A stretch of 64,000 bases of DNA, taken from NCBI GenBank assembly GCA_965223415.1, contig OZ245002.1, positions 1,184,001 through 1,248,000 of the forward strand, given 5' to 3'. Shown piece after piece: positions 29,869 to 38,139 of the stretch (positions are counted from its first letter, which is position 1; the number at the start of each line of letters is the position of its first letter). The notes under the pieces were generated by a model, which had not been told where the DNA came from, did no database searches, and saw only the letters and a list, made by a program, of their open reading frames with translations. Both the position numbers and the translations under genes were made by a program. Source of the DNA: Myxococcota bacterium (GTDB lineage: Bacteria > Myxococcota_A > UBA9160 > UBA6930).

Positions 29869-31140
29869 GTGGGGCAGCGGCGACTGAGGCAGGAGGAAGT
29901 GATGACGATCGAAGTGCTGCACGAGCGGGGGTGCTCGAACCGGGAGATCGCCCGCCAGCTGGGGATCCGGGAGAGCGCGGTGCGCTACCGGCTGAAGCGG
30001 CTGGCGGAGGGGGCGCGAGACGGCCGGAGCGGGAAGCCCTTCCTGGCCGAGGCGGTCCACGAGGTGATCGCGGAGTGGCTGGAGGCGAGCTCGGGAGGCC
30101 GTGGCGTGAACCTGCAGGAGCTTCACGAGTTCCTGGTGGAGGAGCACGGGTACACGGGGAGCTCCAAGAGCGTGCAGCGGTACGTGCGGGCCCGGTTCCC
30201 GAGACCGAAGGTGCGGAGCCGGCGTCGGGTGGAGACACCGCCCGGGGCGCAGGGTCAGGTGGACTGGGGCGAGTTTCCGGGCGTGCGGATCGGGGGCCAG
30301 GAGGTGGACCTGCATGCCTTCCACCTGGTGCTCTCGCACTCGCGGCGAGAAGCGGTGGTGTGGTCGGAGCGGGCGGACACGCTGGCGTGGCTGGACGTGC
30401 ACAACCGGGCCTTCGAGCGGCTGGGCGGGGTGCCGGCGGTGCTGCGGGTCGACAACGTGAAGACAGCGGTGGCGAAGGGGGCGGGGCCATGGGGGACGGT
30501 GAACCCGGCTTACGCGAGCTATGCCGGGGCCCTTCGCTTCCACGTGGACGCCACCCGTCCCCGCCAGCCGCAGGAGAAGGGGAAGGTGGAGCGTCGGATC
30601 CTGGGGCACCGGCGGGGCTTCGATCCGCGTCGGCGGGAGCACGAGAGCCTGGAGTCGCTGCAAGCGTGGACGGACGGCCAGGTGGCGCGCTCGAGCCACC
30701 GGCGGCAGTGCCCGGCGACGGGCACGACGGTCTTCCAGGCGTGGGAGGCGGAGAAGCCCCATCTCGGGGCCCTGCCCGAGCGGCTTCCCGAGCCCTTCGA
30801 CCTGGCCGTGATGCGACGTGTCGGGCGCGACGCCACGGTGCGCTTCGAGGGGCGTACCTACAGCGTCCCCTTCCGCTTCGTCGAGCAGAGCGTCGAGGTG
30901 CGCGGCTGCGCCCGGCAGGTGCAGGTCTGGGCCGAGGGCTCGGTGGTGGCCGCGCACCCGCGCCACACGCGAAGCCGCCTGCTGCTGGACCCGAGCCACT
31001 ACGAGGGGCCGAGCACGGAGGGGGTGGAGGCGCCCGTACCGCTCGGGCGCATGGGTCGACGCCTCCAGGAGCTGTGGGCGATGGAGCCGGAGCAGCGGCC
31101 GATCGACCTCTATGCCGATCTGGCGGAGGTGGCGCGATGA
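29869..31140 (+). CDS. istA: IS21 transposase
   Basis: N-terminal HTH, ETPPGAQGQVDWG, VDNVKT, EKGKVER; start GTG 29869 or ATG 29902. Confidence 0.93.
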   Translation: MGQRRLRQEEVMTIEVLHERGCSNREIARQLGIRESAVRYRLKRLAEGARDGRSGKPFLAEAVHEVIAEWLEASSGGRGVNLQELHEFLVEEHGYTGSSKSVQRYVRARFPRPKVRSRRRVETPPGAQGQVDWGEFPGVRIGGQEVDLHAFHLVLSHSRREAVVWSERADTLAWLDVHNRAFERLGGVPAVLRVDNVKTAVAKGAGPWGTVNPAYASYAGALRFHVDATRPRQPQEKGKVERRILGHRRGFDPRRREHESLESLQAWTDGQVARSSHRRQCPATGTTVFQAWEAEKPHLGALPERLPEPFDLAVMRRVGRDATVRFEGRTYSVPFRFVEQSVEVRGCARQVQVWAEGSVVAAHPRHTRSRLLLDPSHYEGPSTEGVEAPVPLGRMGRRLQELWAMEPEQRPIDLYADLAEVAR

Positions 31141-31937
31141 CGGCGGGAAACCCGGTGCCCAAGAAGGGCGGCAAGGTGGATCTCGACCCGACCCGCGAGC
31201 GGCTCGTGCGCCTCGGCCTCCATCACGCGGCCGAGCACATCGGCGAGGAGCTGGCCCGAGCGACCAAGGACGACCTCGTGCCCCACCGCTTCCTCGACCT
31301 GCTGCTCGAGGCCGAGCTGCAGCACCGCGAGGAGCGGAGGATGAAGACCTCGCTCCGTCTCTCGGGCCTTCCCACGGGGCAGACCCTCGGCAACTTCGAC
31401 TTCGCCTTCCAGCCGAGTGTGGAGCGGAGCCGGATCGAGACGCTGGGCACCTGCGCGTGGATCCGGGCCAAGGAGAGTCTGCTGATCCAGGGTCCGCCGG
31501 GAGTGGGCAAGACCCACCTGGCGGTGGCCCTGGGGGTGCGGGCCGTGGAGAACGGCTTCTCCGTGGCCTTCCATCGCCTCGAGGACCTGCTGGCGGCCCT
31601 CAAGCGCGACGCCGAGATCAGCCCGCAACGGCTGCGGCGGCGCAAGCACATGAACGTGGCGCTCCTCGTCATCGACGAGGTCGGCTTCGAGCCCATGACG
31701 CGCCAGGAGGCGAGCCTCTTCTTCCGGCTCGTCTCCTACCGCTATGGGAGGGGCTCGATCCTGATCACCACGAACAAGGGCATCGCCGACTGGCCCGAGG
31801 TGCTGGCGGGCGACGAGGTGCTGGCCACCGCCATCCTCGATCGCCTCCTCCACCACAGCCAGGTGCTCAACATCTCGGGGCGGAGCTACCGGCTCCGCGA
31901 GCTCGAGCAGGCCGCGGGGCAAAGCGCCCAGCGTTGA
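31137..31937 (+). CDS. istB: IS21 helper ATPase
   Basis: GPPGVGKT, LLVIDEVG, AILDRLLHH, SYR; ATGA overlap. Confidence 0.95.
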   Translation: MTAGNPVPKKGGKVDLDPTRERLVRLGLHHAAEHIGEELARATKDDLVPHRFLDLLLEAELQHREERRMKTSLRLSGLPTGQTLGNFDFAFQPSVERSRIETLGTCAWIRAKESLLIQGPPGVGKTHLAVALGVRAVENGFSVAFHRLEDLLAALKRDAEISPQRLRRRKHMNVALLVIDEVGFEPMTRQEASLFFRLVSYRYGRGSILITTNKGIADWPEVLAGDEVLATAILDRLLHHSQVLNISGRSYRLRELEQAAGQSAQR

Positions 31938-32111
31938 GGCCCCAGAGGGCGGCCTGACGGCCGTGCTCTCCTTCGGAGAGCGGAAGAGAAGAAGGAAGAA
32001 CCGAACATCAACCCAGGGGGGTGCGCAAAACTAGCCGTCCTCTTAGCGCGCAAGAGATGACGTCCCTCGACACTCAGACACCCGCATGGAACAGCGGGCG
32101 GGCCGCTCCAG

Positions 32112-32765
32112 CTAGGCTTCGGGGTGGGACAGGCGGCTGGCCGCCTTCCGGAAAGCCGCCAGCTCCCGGCTCGAGGCCGGCGGCAGGTCCGGCTCGCCGC
32201 CGTGCATGGCCACCCGCTCGAGCTCGTCGGTGATGTGACGCATGGGTCGCAGCAGGCCGCCCCGGACCAGCACGAAGATCACTCCGGAGAAGGCAGCGGA
32301 CGCCACAACCACGGCGATGAGCAGATCGATGATGAGCCGAACCGAGTCGCGCTTCAGCACCGCGATGTCGTACTTCGTCTCGAGGCGCCAGTGCGTGCCG
32401 TCGGCCGCGCGAACCGGCGGCGCGGTGTAGGTGAGGGTCGTCCCGTCGACGTCGCTCTGCCCGCGCCCCCAGTCTTCCGAGGCCCTGGCCTCGGTCGGCG
32501 GCAGCGGCTCCAGGCGGATGCCGGCGTCGGAGATGCTGCGGAGCCGCTCGAGCAGCACGTCCACGTCGGTCCCGTTCTCGAGGGCCCGGGCGACGGAGGC
32601 GTGCACGAGCCCCGACGTGCGGTGGGCGTAGAGCTTCGCGTTGCGGATGTCGCGCTCGTACAGCCGGTAGGGCAGGATGGCCAGCGTGCCGACGATCGCG
32701 ATCACGGCGATCACGCCGAGTGCCAGGAGGAGCCGGCGCTCGAAGCTCGGTAGGTCGGTCACCAT
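32112..32765 (-). CDS. Membrane protein with two TM helices and C-terminal HAMP-like segment (host gene)
   Basis: MVTDLPSFERRLLLALGV..., LLRPMRHIT...SSREL; RBS-like CAGGAAGG upstream; in frame with the integrase ORF. Confidence 0.6.
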   Translation of the reverse strand: MVTDLPSFERRLLLALGVIAVIAIVGTLAILPYRLYERDIRNAKLYAHRTSGLVHASVARALENGTDVDVLLERLRSISDAGIRLEPLPPTEARASEDWGRGQSDVDGTTLTYTAPPVRAADGTHWRLETKYDIAVLKRDSVRLIIDLLIAVVVASAAFSGVIFVLVRGGLLRPMRHITDELERVAMHGGEPDLPPASSRELAAFRKAASRLSHPEA

Positions 32766-34280
32766 GGCGCTGCCTTCCTGCTGTCCCCGGGGTCGAGGGT
32801 ACCGCGCCGTGGCGCCCTCGCGATGGGGCAGCGCGCCCCTCCGTGTCGGGCGGACGCGGCGGCCCCGCGCGCCTCGACGAATCGCCGGTGGGTGGCCAGC
32901 GGGAAGATCAGGTCCAGCTCGATGGACTCGATCGCGAAACCCTGGGCGGCCGCGCCTCGGCGCGGGAATTTGACGGCGGTCCCCGGGTTCCCGAGACTCC
33001 TCGGGGCTCACGCGCCGGTAGCTCAGCTGGATAGAGCACCAGGCTTCGAACCTGGGGGTCGGGGGTTCGAATCCCTCCCGGCGTGCCAAAGATTCCGCGT
33101 ACTTGGAGAGCTCACGAGTACGCTCCCTATCGGCCGGTGCCGAATAGTGCCGTCCGGTGCCGCTTGGAAACTCCGCAAACGTCAGGTCCGTCTCTTCCTC
33201 GCGCATCGCGTGCGCGTAGACCCGAAGCGTGAGCGCCGGGTCGGCGTGCCCGAGGACGTCAGCGACCCAGCGGACAGACTTCCCCGATTGAAGCGCGAAC
33301 GTGGCCCAGGTGTGGCGGGTGGCGTGAAGCTTCAGAGGGCGAACTCCGTAGGCCTCCTGTGCCTTCTCTCGAACACGCTCCCAGGTTCGGCTGAGATTCC
33401 GGGGCGTGATGGGGGTTCCGTTTCGAGTCGAGAAGACCCACGGCGGCGCATCCTGGCCGCGCTCGGAGGCCGTGGCGCGGGCTTTCGCGAGGACATCGAA
33501 CAAGTCCTCAGCGAGGGCTTCTGTCATCGGGACGCGCCTCGACTTGCCGCTCTTCGGCGCGGTGATTCCCTGCTGAAGCAGCGAGCGGCGAATCCAGATT
33601 CTCCGGGAATCGAAATCGACGTCACTCCACCTGAGCGCCAGGACCTCGCCGCGGCGGACTCCGGTCGAAAGGAGCGTGGAGAGGATGGGTGCGAATTCAG
33701 GCTCAGAATCTCGGGCAGTCTGGAGGAGACTCTCAATCTCTTCGCGGGTCCAGTGCTCCGTGACTTCGGCGCCAGTGGAGCCAGCGCGCGAGACGCGGCG
33801 CATGAGCTCACCTACGTGCGAAGCCGGATTCCGCTCGAGCCTTCCCTCTCGAACGAGGAGAGTGCACACCCGGCGAAGTACGCCGAGCGCGTTCAGAATC
33901 GTCTTCGGGGACAGTCCATCGTCTAGCTTCGCCCTTACGAACCGAAGGAGGTCTGCCTCCTTGACCGCTCGAAGGTCCTTCGAGCGAAAGAACGGGATGA
34001 GATGATGTTCGATGAGCCCGTGGCTCAGTTCTGCCGTGGAGGGCTTGAGCGTCGCCGAGTACGCCTTGAACCAAGCGCGAAGCTCCGCATCAGCTCGAAG
34101 CGGCTTCTCGCCGTGCGGGTCGAAGGTGCCGAGTGCAAGCGAGGCGTTGACCTTTGCAGCGATGGTCTCCGCCGTGGCCTTGTCGCGCTTCGTGGGACCA
34201 ACGCGCTTCGTGGTCCGGGTGGAGCGGTAGTGGGTCACGACCCACCAAGCGCTGCGCATCCACTTGACCTTGGCTGCCAC
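32112..34280 (-). CDS. Tyrosine integrase (catalytic domain ends ~33200; ORF has no stop until 32112)
   Basis: Catalytic set TGVRRGE, PKSG, LHATRH, LGHAD, LRVYAH; adjacent to tRNA; reads antisense through the tRNA. Confidence 0.88.
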   Translation of the reverse strand: MAAKVKWMRSAWWVVTHYRSTRTTKRVGPTKRDKATAETIAAKVNASLALGTFDPHGEKPLRADAELRAWFKAYSATLKPSTAELSHGLIEHHLIPFFRSKDLRAVKEADLLRFVRAKLDDGLSPKTILNALGVLRRVCTLLVREGRLERNPASHVGELMRRVSRAGSTGAEVTEHWTREEIESLLQTARDSEPEFAPILSTLLSTGVRRGEVLALRWSDVDFDSRRIWIRRSLLQQGITAPKSGKSRRVPMTEALAEDLFDVLAKARATASERGQDAPPWVFSTRNGTPITPRNLSRTWERVREKAQEAYGVRPLKLHATRHTWATFALQSGKSVRWVADVLGHADPALTLRVYAHAMREEETDLTFAEFPSGTGRHYSAPADRERTRELSKYAESLARREGFEPPTPRFEAWCSIQLSYRRVSPEESREPGDRRQIPAPRRGRPGFRDRVHRAGPDLPAGHPPAIRRGARGRRVRPTRRGALPHREGATARYPRPRGQQEGSAMVTDLPSFERRLLLALGVIAVIAIVGTLAILPYRLYERDIRNAKLYAHRTSGLVHASVARALENGTDVDVLLERLRSISDAGIRLEPLPPTEARASEDWGRGQSDVDGTTLTYTAPPVRAADGTHWRLETKYDIAVLKRDSVRLIIDLLIAVVVASAAFSGVIFVLVRGGLLRPMRHITDELERVAMHGGEPDLPPASSRELAAFRKAASRLSHPEA
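33012..33088 (+). tRNA. tRNA-Arg(TCG), probable integration site
   Basis: Cloverleaf: acceptor GCGCCGG/CCGGCGT, D-arm GCTC/GAGC, anticodon stem CCAGG/CCTGG with loop CT-TCG-AA, TTCGAAT T-loop, encoded CCA. Confidence 0.96.
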
Positions 34281-34292
34281 GTTCTGGCTCCC

Positions 34293-34664
34293 CTACTCGC
34301 GTTCCCGGCGGTTTCGACTACCGGCCGGAAGCGAACCCTCGTCGCCGAAACTGGGGTCAGAGAGGGCCGAGAGAGCTTCTCCGACGGCGTCATGGACCTC
34401 GCCGTCCTGGGCGGTGATGAGCGAGTGGAGCCAGTCCCTCAGCGCAGCGAGCGGATAGACCCGAATCCGGGTGCCGGGCAGATACACTCCGGGCACGTGG
34501 TGAGAGATCTCGCGGAACTTCCTGGGGCTAATCCCTAGGGCCGCCGCAGCCTCAGGGGCGCGAAGGGCAATCGGTTCGATGGTCCTCTCGGGTGATTCGG
34601 CCACGGCTTGGGGGTCCTGCGCTCGGTGCACCCAAGAGGGTATGCAGACCCGGATGGCCGTCAA
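34293..34664 (-). CDS. Excisionase-like HTH protein
   Basis: ALRAPEAAAALGISPRKF...RVYPLAALRDWL directly upstream of int; start uncertain. Confidence 0.7.
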   Translation of the reverse strand: MTAIRVCIPSWVHRAQDPQAVAESPERTIEPIALRAPEAAAALGISPRKFREISHHVPGVYLPGTRIRVYPLAALRDWLHSLITAQDGEVHDAVGEALSALSDPSFGDEGSLPAGSRNRRERE

Positions 34665-35761
34665 CTAGCTGTTTTAGATGGAGAATCTCGGGAGAGGCTC
34701 TCCCGGGAACGCCACTCAGAGAACGACGGAATGCCCAGATCGGGCTCCAGAAGCCGATAGAGCTCGATTCGAACCAAGGTGGCCTCAGCCATCGGCTTCT
34801 CCCCGAACTCGGCGGAAACGGCTCGAGAGGCGGCCTCAACGAGACGCGCTCGCTCGCCATCAGGGAGCCGGTCGGCGGCGGCGCGAATCTCGTTCCGCTT
34901 CCACGCCTCGTAGCGAACGCGGGCGTCGTCCTCGGCGAGGCGTCGGGTTTGGTGCGCGTCACGGACCGAGCGAGCGAGTGCCTTGTCGAAGTCGGCCACG
35001 GCATCTTCGGCGTAGTCCATCACAGCCCCGAAGTGCTGCATCGGGTACTTGGTTCGCTGCGCCTCACAAAGCGCGTACTCAACGACATAGCGAGACTTCT
35101 CCTCGCCGTAGCTCTCAATGAGCGAGTGGGCCTGGTCAAGCTCGCGTGACTTCGGCTTCCGATGGGTTCGACCAAAGTGGTCATGAAAGAGCCGAACGAG
35201 TTCCCCTCCCCCTCCCTCGAGCACACCCCGTGTGTTCTTCTTCTCTACACACTTCTTGTTTATGTCGGGCCGGCCTGACACAGGCGTGCCTGACACTGGC
35301 CCAGTGTCAGGGCAAGCTGACACAGGCCCCTCGGGCGGCTTCGCTCGTCCGTACTTAAGCCCAGAAATCGGATGGATGAAGTACACGTTTCGGCCCCACC
35401 TAGTCGAGCCATCTGGGGCCGTCTCACGGCGGCGCTTCGTTGAAAGAACCGGGCGTCCTCGAAACCTGTACCTCTCGAGCCGGTTGATTCTGCCGTTCGC
35501 CCCTTGTCGGCTTATTCCGAGGTCTCGACCGATACGAGCCTGGCTCGGGCTGCAGTAGCCGTCTTCATCCACGTAGAGGGCCATCGCTGAGAGCGTCTTC
35601 CAGAGGTCATCGGGGATGTCGGCCAGAAGCCCAGAATCGCGCGCCTCGGTGTACATCTTTACGAACCGACGCTTGACCCGGTCTCCGGTCGACAGGTCGA
35701 CTTCGGTCTGAAACTCAACCGTGAGAAATGGGCTCTCCTGTGGGGTTCCTTTCTTTCGCAT
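34661..35761 (-). CDS. Putative replication initiator (HTH_36-type wHTH)
   Basis: YCSPSQARIGRDLGISRQGANGRINRL HTH; internal iteron-like repeats; lies between par and xis/int. Confidence 0.65.
   Translation of the reverse strand: MRKKGTPQESPFLTVEFQTEVDLSTGDRVKRRFVKMYTEARDSGLLADIPDDLWKTLSAMALYVDEDGYCSPSQARIGRDLGISRQGANGRINRLERYRFRGRPVLSTKRRRETAPDGSTRWGRNVYFIHPISGLKYGRAKPPEGPVSACPDTGPVSGTPVSGRPDINKKCVEKKNTRGVLEGGGGELVRLFHDHFGRTHRKPKSRELDQAHSLIESYGEEKSRYVVEYALCEAQRTKYPMQHFGAVMDYAEDAVADFDKALARSVRDAHQTRRLAEDDARVRYEAWKRNEIRAAADRLPDGERARLVEAASRAVSAEFGEKPMAEATLVRIELYRLLEPDLGIPSFSEWRSRESLSRDSPSKTAS
35274..35326. repeat. Four 11-bp iteron-like repeats inside rep gene
   Basis: CCTGACACAGG 35274, CCTGACACTGG 35289, inverted CCAGTGTCAGG 35301, GCTGACACAGG 35316. 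Confidence 0.7.
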
Positions 35762-35866
35762 ATCAGTTCCTGCCTAGGGCGAGATTCACCGTTGACGGTC
35801 CGTACGGATTCGGAGTAGGTAGGAGTTAATCCAGTTCTACCGCCGGGGTGCTGTCACACCCCGCTC

Positions 35867-35905
35867 CGAAAAGAGCGACCCGACTAGTCGGAGTCGCTTT
35901 TTTCG
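35867..35905 (+). terminator. Terminator-like hairpin between parB-like and rep genes
   Basis: AGCGAC-CCGA[CTAG]TCGG-A-GTCGCT followed by a T run; A run on the other side. Confidence 0.65.
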
Positions 35906-36027
35906 TCTCTGGTGTCCGCGTAGTCTGTTCAATCCAAGTGCATCACCAGTCTCGGTGAGCACTACTTCTGGTTTAACCTGCTTGAAGTAGCTCTCGCAAT
36001 CGGGTTTCTCTGCGATTACGCCGTCGC

Positions 36028-36390
36028 CTACTTCCGCTTCGGCCTACCGGTTCGAAGGGGACCCTCGCGCTCCTTGAATGGCCTTCGGTCGTTGTGCTCC
36101 CGCTCTAGCTTCTTGACGTGTGCCATGAGCGCTTCGTCCGCGAACTCAGAAAGTGTGTACCGGTGAGGTGGTCCCGATAGTGCATCCACGGCGTTTCGAA
36201 CCCGCTCAATCGTGGAGGCTCGAATCCAGTAACCCTCCTTCTGCTTAAGTGGCGGAGGGTCCGCACTGGGAGGGCTCGACTGAGGTTCCTTCGTTCGCTG
36301 GCTAGAAGCAGCGCCGAACTTCTTCTTTCCCGAGGGAAACCCGCCCTTTAGGGCCTGAAGTGGGCTATCGGAGATGGCCTTCCTACTCAT
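36028..36390 (-). CDS. Small centromere-binding protein (ParB_C/RHH-like)
   Basis: Overlaps parA stop; C-terminal TLSEFADEAL...LEREHNDRRPF...LRTGRP. Confidence 0.65.
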   Translation of the reverse strand: MSRKAISDSPLQALKGGFPSGKKKFGAASSQRTKEPQSSPPSADPPPLKQKEGYWIRASTIERVRNAVDALSGPPHRYTLSEFADEALMAHVKKLEREHNDRRPFKEREGPLRTGRPKRK

Positions 36391-37201
36391 TGGCTGCATT
36401 CCCGGCCGGGGCTTCAAGGGCGACCTTAGAAACGAACTCATCTGCGAGCGCCCCGTAGTCCAGTGCTCCAGAGCTCTTCGGTCGATGATGGTCAATCGGG
36501 AGCTTCGCCTGAGAAGCGCGCTTCAAGTCGACGTTCATCCGGATGACCGTCTCAAAGACAAGCTCTCCGAAGTGCGCCCGAATGTCCTCTAACGCGGCGA
36601 TGCTCATCGACTCTCTAACGTCGAGCTTCGTTCCAAGCACCCCGCAGATTGGTATCTCGGCTCTAGCGTCTCGCTCGGTCTCGGTGATGAACTGAACGAC
36701 CATCGCGGTTGGCTCGAGCGAGAGATAGGCGAGCTCGACGGGAAGAAGGACAGAATCCGAGGCAAGGAGCGCGCACTGAGTGTCGATTCCGAGGCTTCCC
36801 GGCGTATCGATTAGAACGAGGTCCCAGTCTGCACCGGGAACGCTTCGAAGCCCTTCCAGAGCATCGCGGAGGACGAACTCAGGCCGGGCCTTAAGCGAGG
36901 CCAGAGCAGTTTCAAGCGTCAGCAGGTCGAGGCTACTTGGGACAACGTCTACTCCCGACGGGGTTTCATAGACGAGAGCCTCAAGGCCTTGGCGAGCTAC
37001 AAGGGCTTCCACCAGCGCTTGGCCGTGGCTTCTCTCGGTCTCTGACGAAGGCGTTCGAAGCCAGTCGGTGGTCTGGTGTTGCCTATCGAGGTCGATTGCT
37101 AGAACGCGCCAGCCCCGTCGAGCGAGGGCGCTCGCGAGGTTCACCACCGTTGTGGTCTTCCCCACTCCACCTTTTGTGTTCAATACAGAGACCGTCTGCA
37201 C
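36383..37201 (-). CDS. parA: ParA/Soj-family ATPase
   Basis: KGGVGKTT deviant Walker A, IDLDRQ, LIDTPG, FETVIR. Confidence 0.92.
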   Translation of the reverse strand: MQTVSVLNTKGGVGKTTTVVNLASALARRGWRVLAIDLDRQHQTTDWLRTPSSETERSHGQALVEALVARQGLEALVYETPSGVDVVPSSLDLLTLETALASLKARPEFVLRDALEGLRSVPGADWDLVLIDTPGSLGIDTQCALLASDSVLLPVELAYLSLEPTAMVVQFITETERDARAEIPICGVLGTKLDVRESMSIAALEDIRAHFGELVFETVIRMNVDLKRASQAKLPIDHHRPKSSGALDYGALADEFVSKVALEAPAGNAANE

Positions 37202-37257
37202 GGAACTCTCCCCAGAAACAAGACCTCAGGAGCGGAGGAGCGCCCGCTCAGCTCCGT

Positions 37258-37490
37258 TTCGCCCGATATGCCCACCATCTGATTCGGGCGACTTTCCGTC
37301 AATAGGGAAACTTCGCCCGCCAGGGTCGCTGGGAGAACTCGGCGAACTGGGGTCGGGGGGAACAACGCACCCGGTGGGCGAACCGGGGGAGATGGGAGCG
37401 AAGCCACCGGTTCGCCCGATTGGAGAACCGGCACCAGTTGACCCAGGAGCCAGCGAGACCAGAGAAGACCGAGCGGGCCCAGTGGGCGAA
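37258..37490. repeat. Cluster of GGGCGAA heptamers upstream of parA (candidate parS/operator)
   Basis: Exact copies at 37258, 37312, 37411 (as TTCGCCC) and 37376, 37484, plus several near-matches. Confidence 0.5.
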
Positions 37491-37505
37491 ACGACCCCGT
37501 TTCGA

Positions 37506-38096
37506 CTAGGCAGCTCGACTTGTCTGTCTTCGGATGGACGCAGGCGCCTGGCGAAGTGTTGCGTAGACGCGCCGTTGGATGGGAGCGGCCGAGTAGGAGC
37601 GCGAAACCCGATACCGGATGAGGGGGACGCCCGCCGCGGCCAGGGCTGCATCTACAAAGCGGTCACGTTCTCTTCGGTCGGGCCGCCTGTGGGAAGCGTC
37701 ATCGAGCTCGATGCAGCAAGCCACTCGAAGCGAGTGTGGGTTCACGAGCGTGAAATCAAGGTGCTTTGAGGCGATTGGAGGGCCGTAGCCGTTCGACCAC
37801 TCGTCGTCAGAACAGTGAATCACGTCCGCGAGACGGACCTTGGGACACACCTTTAGGCCTGGCTCTACTGCATCGCGCAAGGCCGCGTAGAAGCGCGCTT
37901 CGGCCTTGGTGGCTAGGAAGGGGCGAGCCGAGTAGGGGAGCTCTGCCGGGTTGTTGGTGCGGTGAATCCTCCTGTAGCGCTCGTCTCGAAACTCATGAGC
38001 CCTGACGCCGGTGAGATAGAGAAACGTGACGACAATGAGGGCGCCAGTGAGCGAAAAGGGAAACACCGCGTGAAGTGCTGGAAGAAACGTCTCCAT
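37506..38096 (-). CDS. DUF2726 domain protein
   Basis: N-terminal TM; AEARFY, PKVRLADVI, KHLDF, IELDDASH, RDRFVD motifs. Confidence 0.85.
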   Translation of the reverse strand: METFLPALHAVFPFSLTGALIVVTFLYLTGVRAHEFRDERYRRIHRTNNPAELPYSARPFLATKAEARFYAALRDAVEPGLKVCPKVRLADVIHCSDDEWSNGYGPPIASKHLDFTLVNPHSLRVACCIELDDASHRRPDRRERDRFVDAALAAAGVPLIRYRVSRSYSAAPIQRRVYATLRQAPASIRRQTSRAA

Positions 38097-38139
38097 GGCC
38101 CAGAGTCTCACCAATCCAGAATCTACGCAAACACCACGC

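Larger units (their letters stand above)
29771..32072 (+). mobile_element. IS21-family insertion sequence, intact
   Basis: TG...CA ends, ~50-bp imperfect terminal IRs sharing TGTCG...GCTAAGAGGAC...TTTGCGCACC, 6-bp target duplication CTCAGA (29765-29770 / 32073-32078), istA-istB. Confidence 0.95.
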
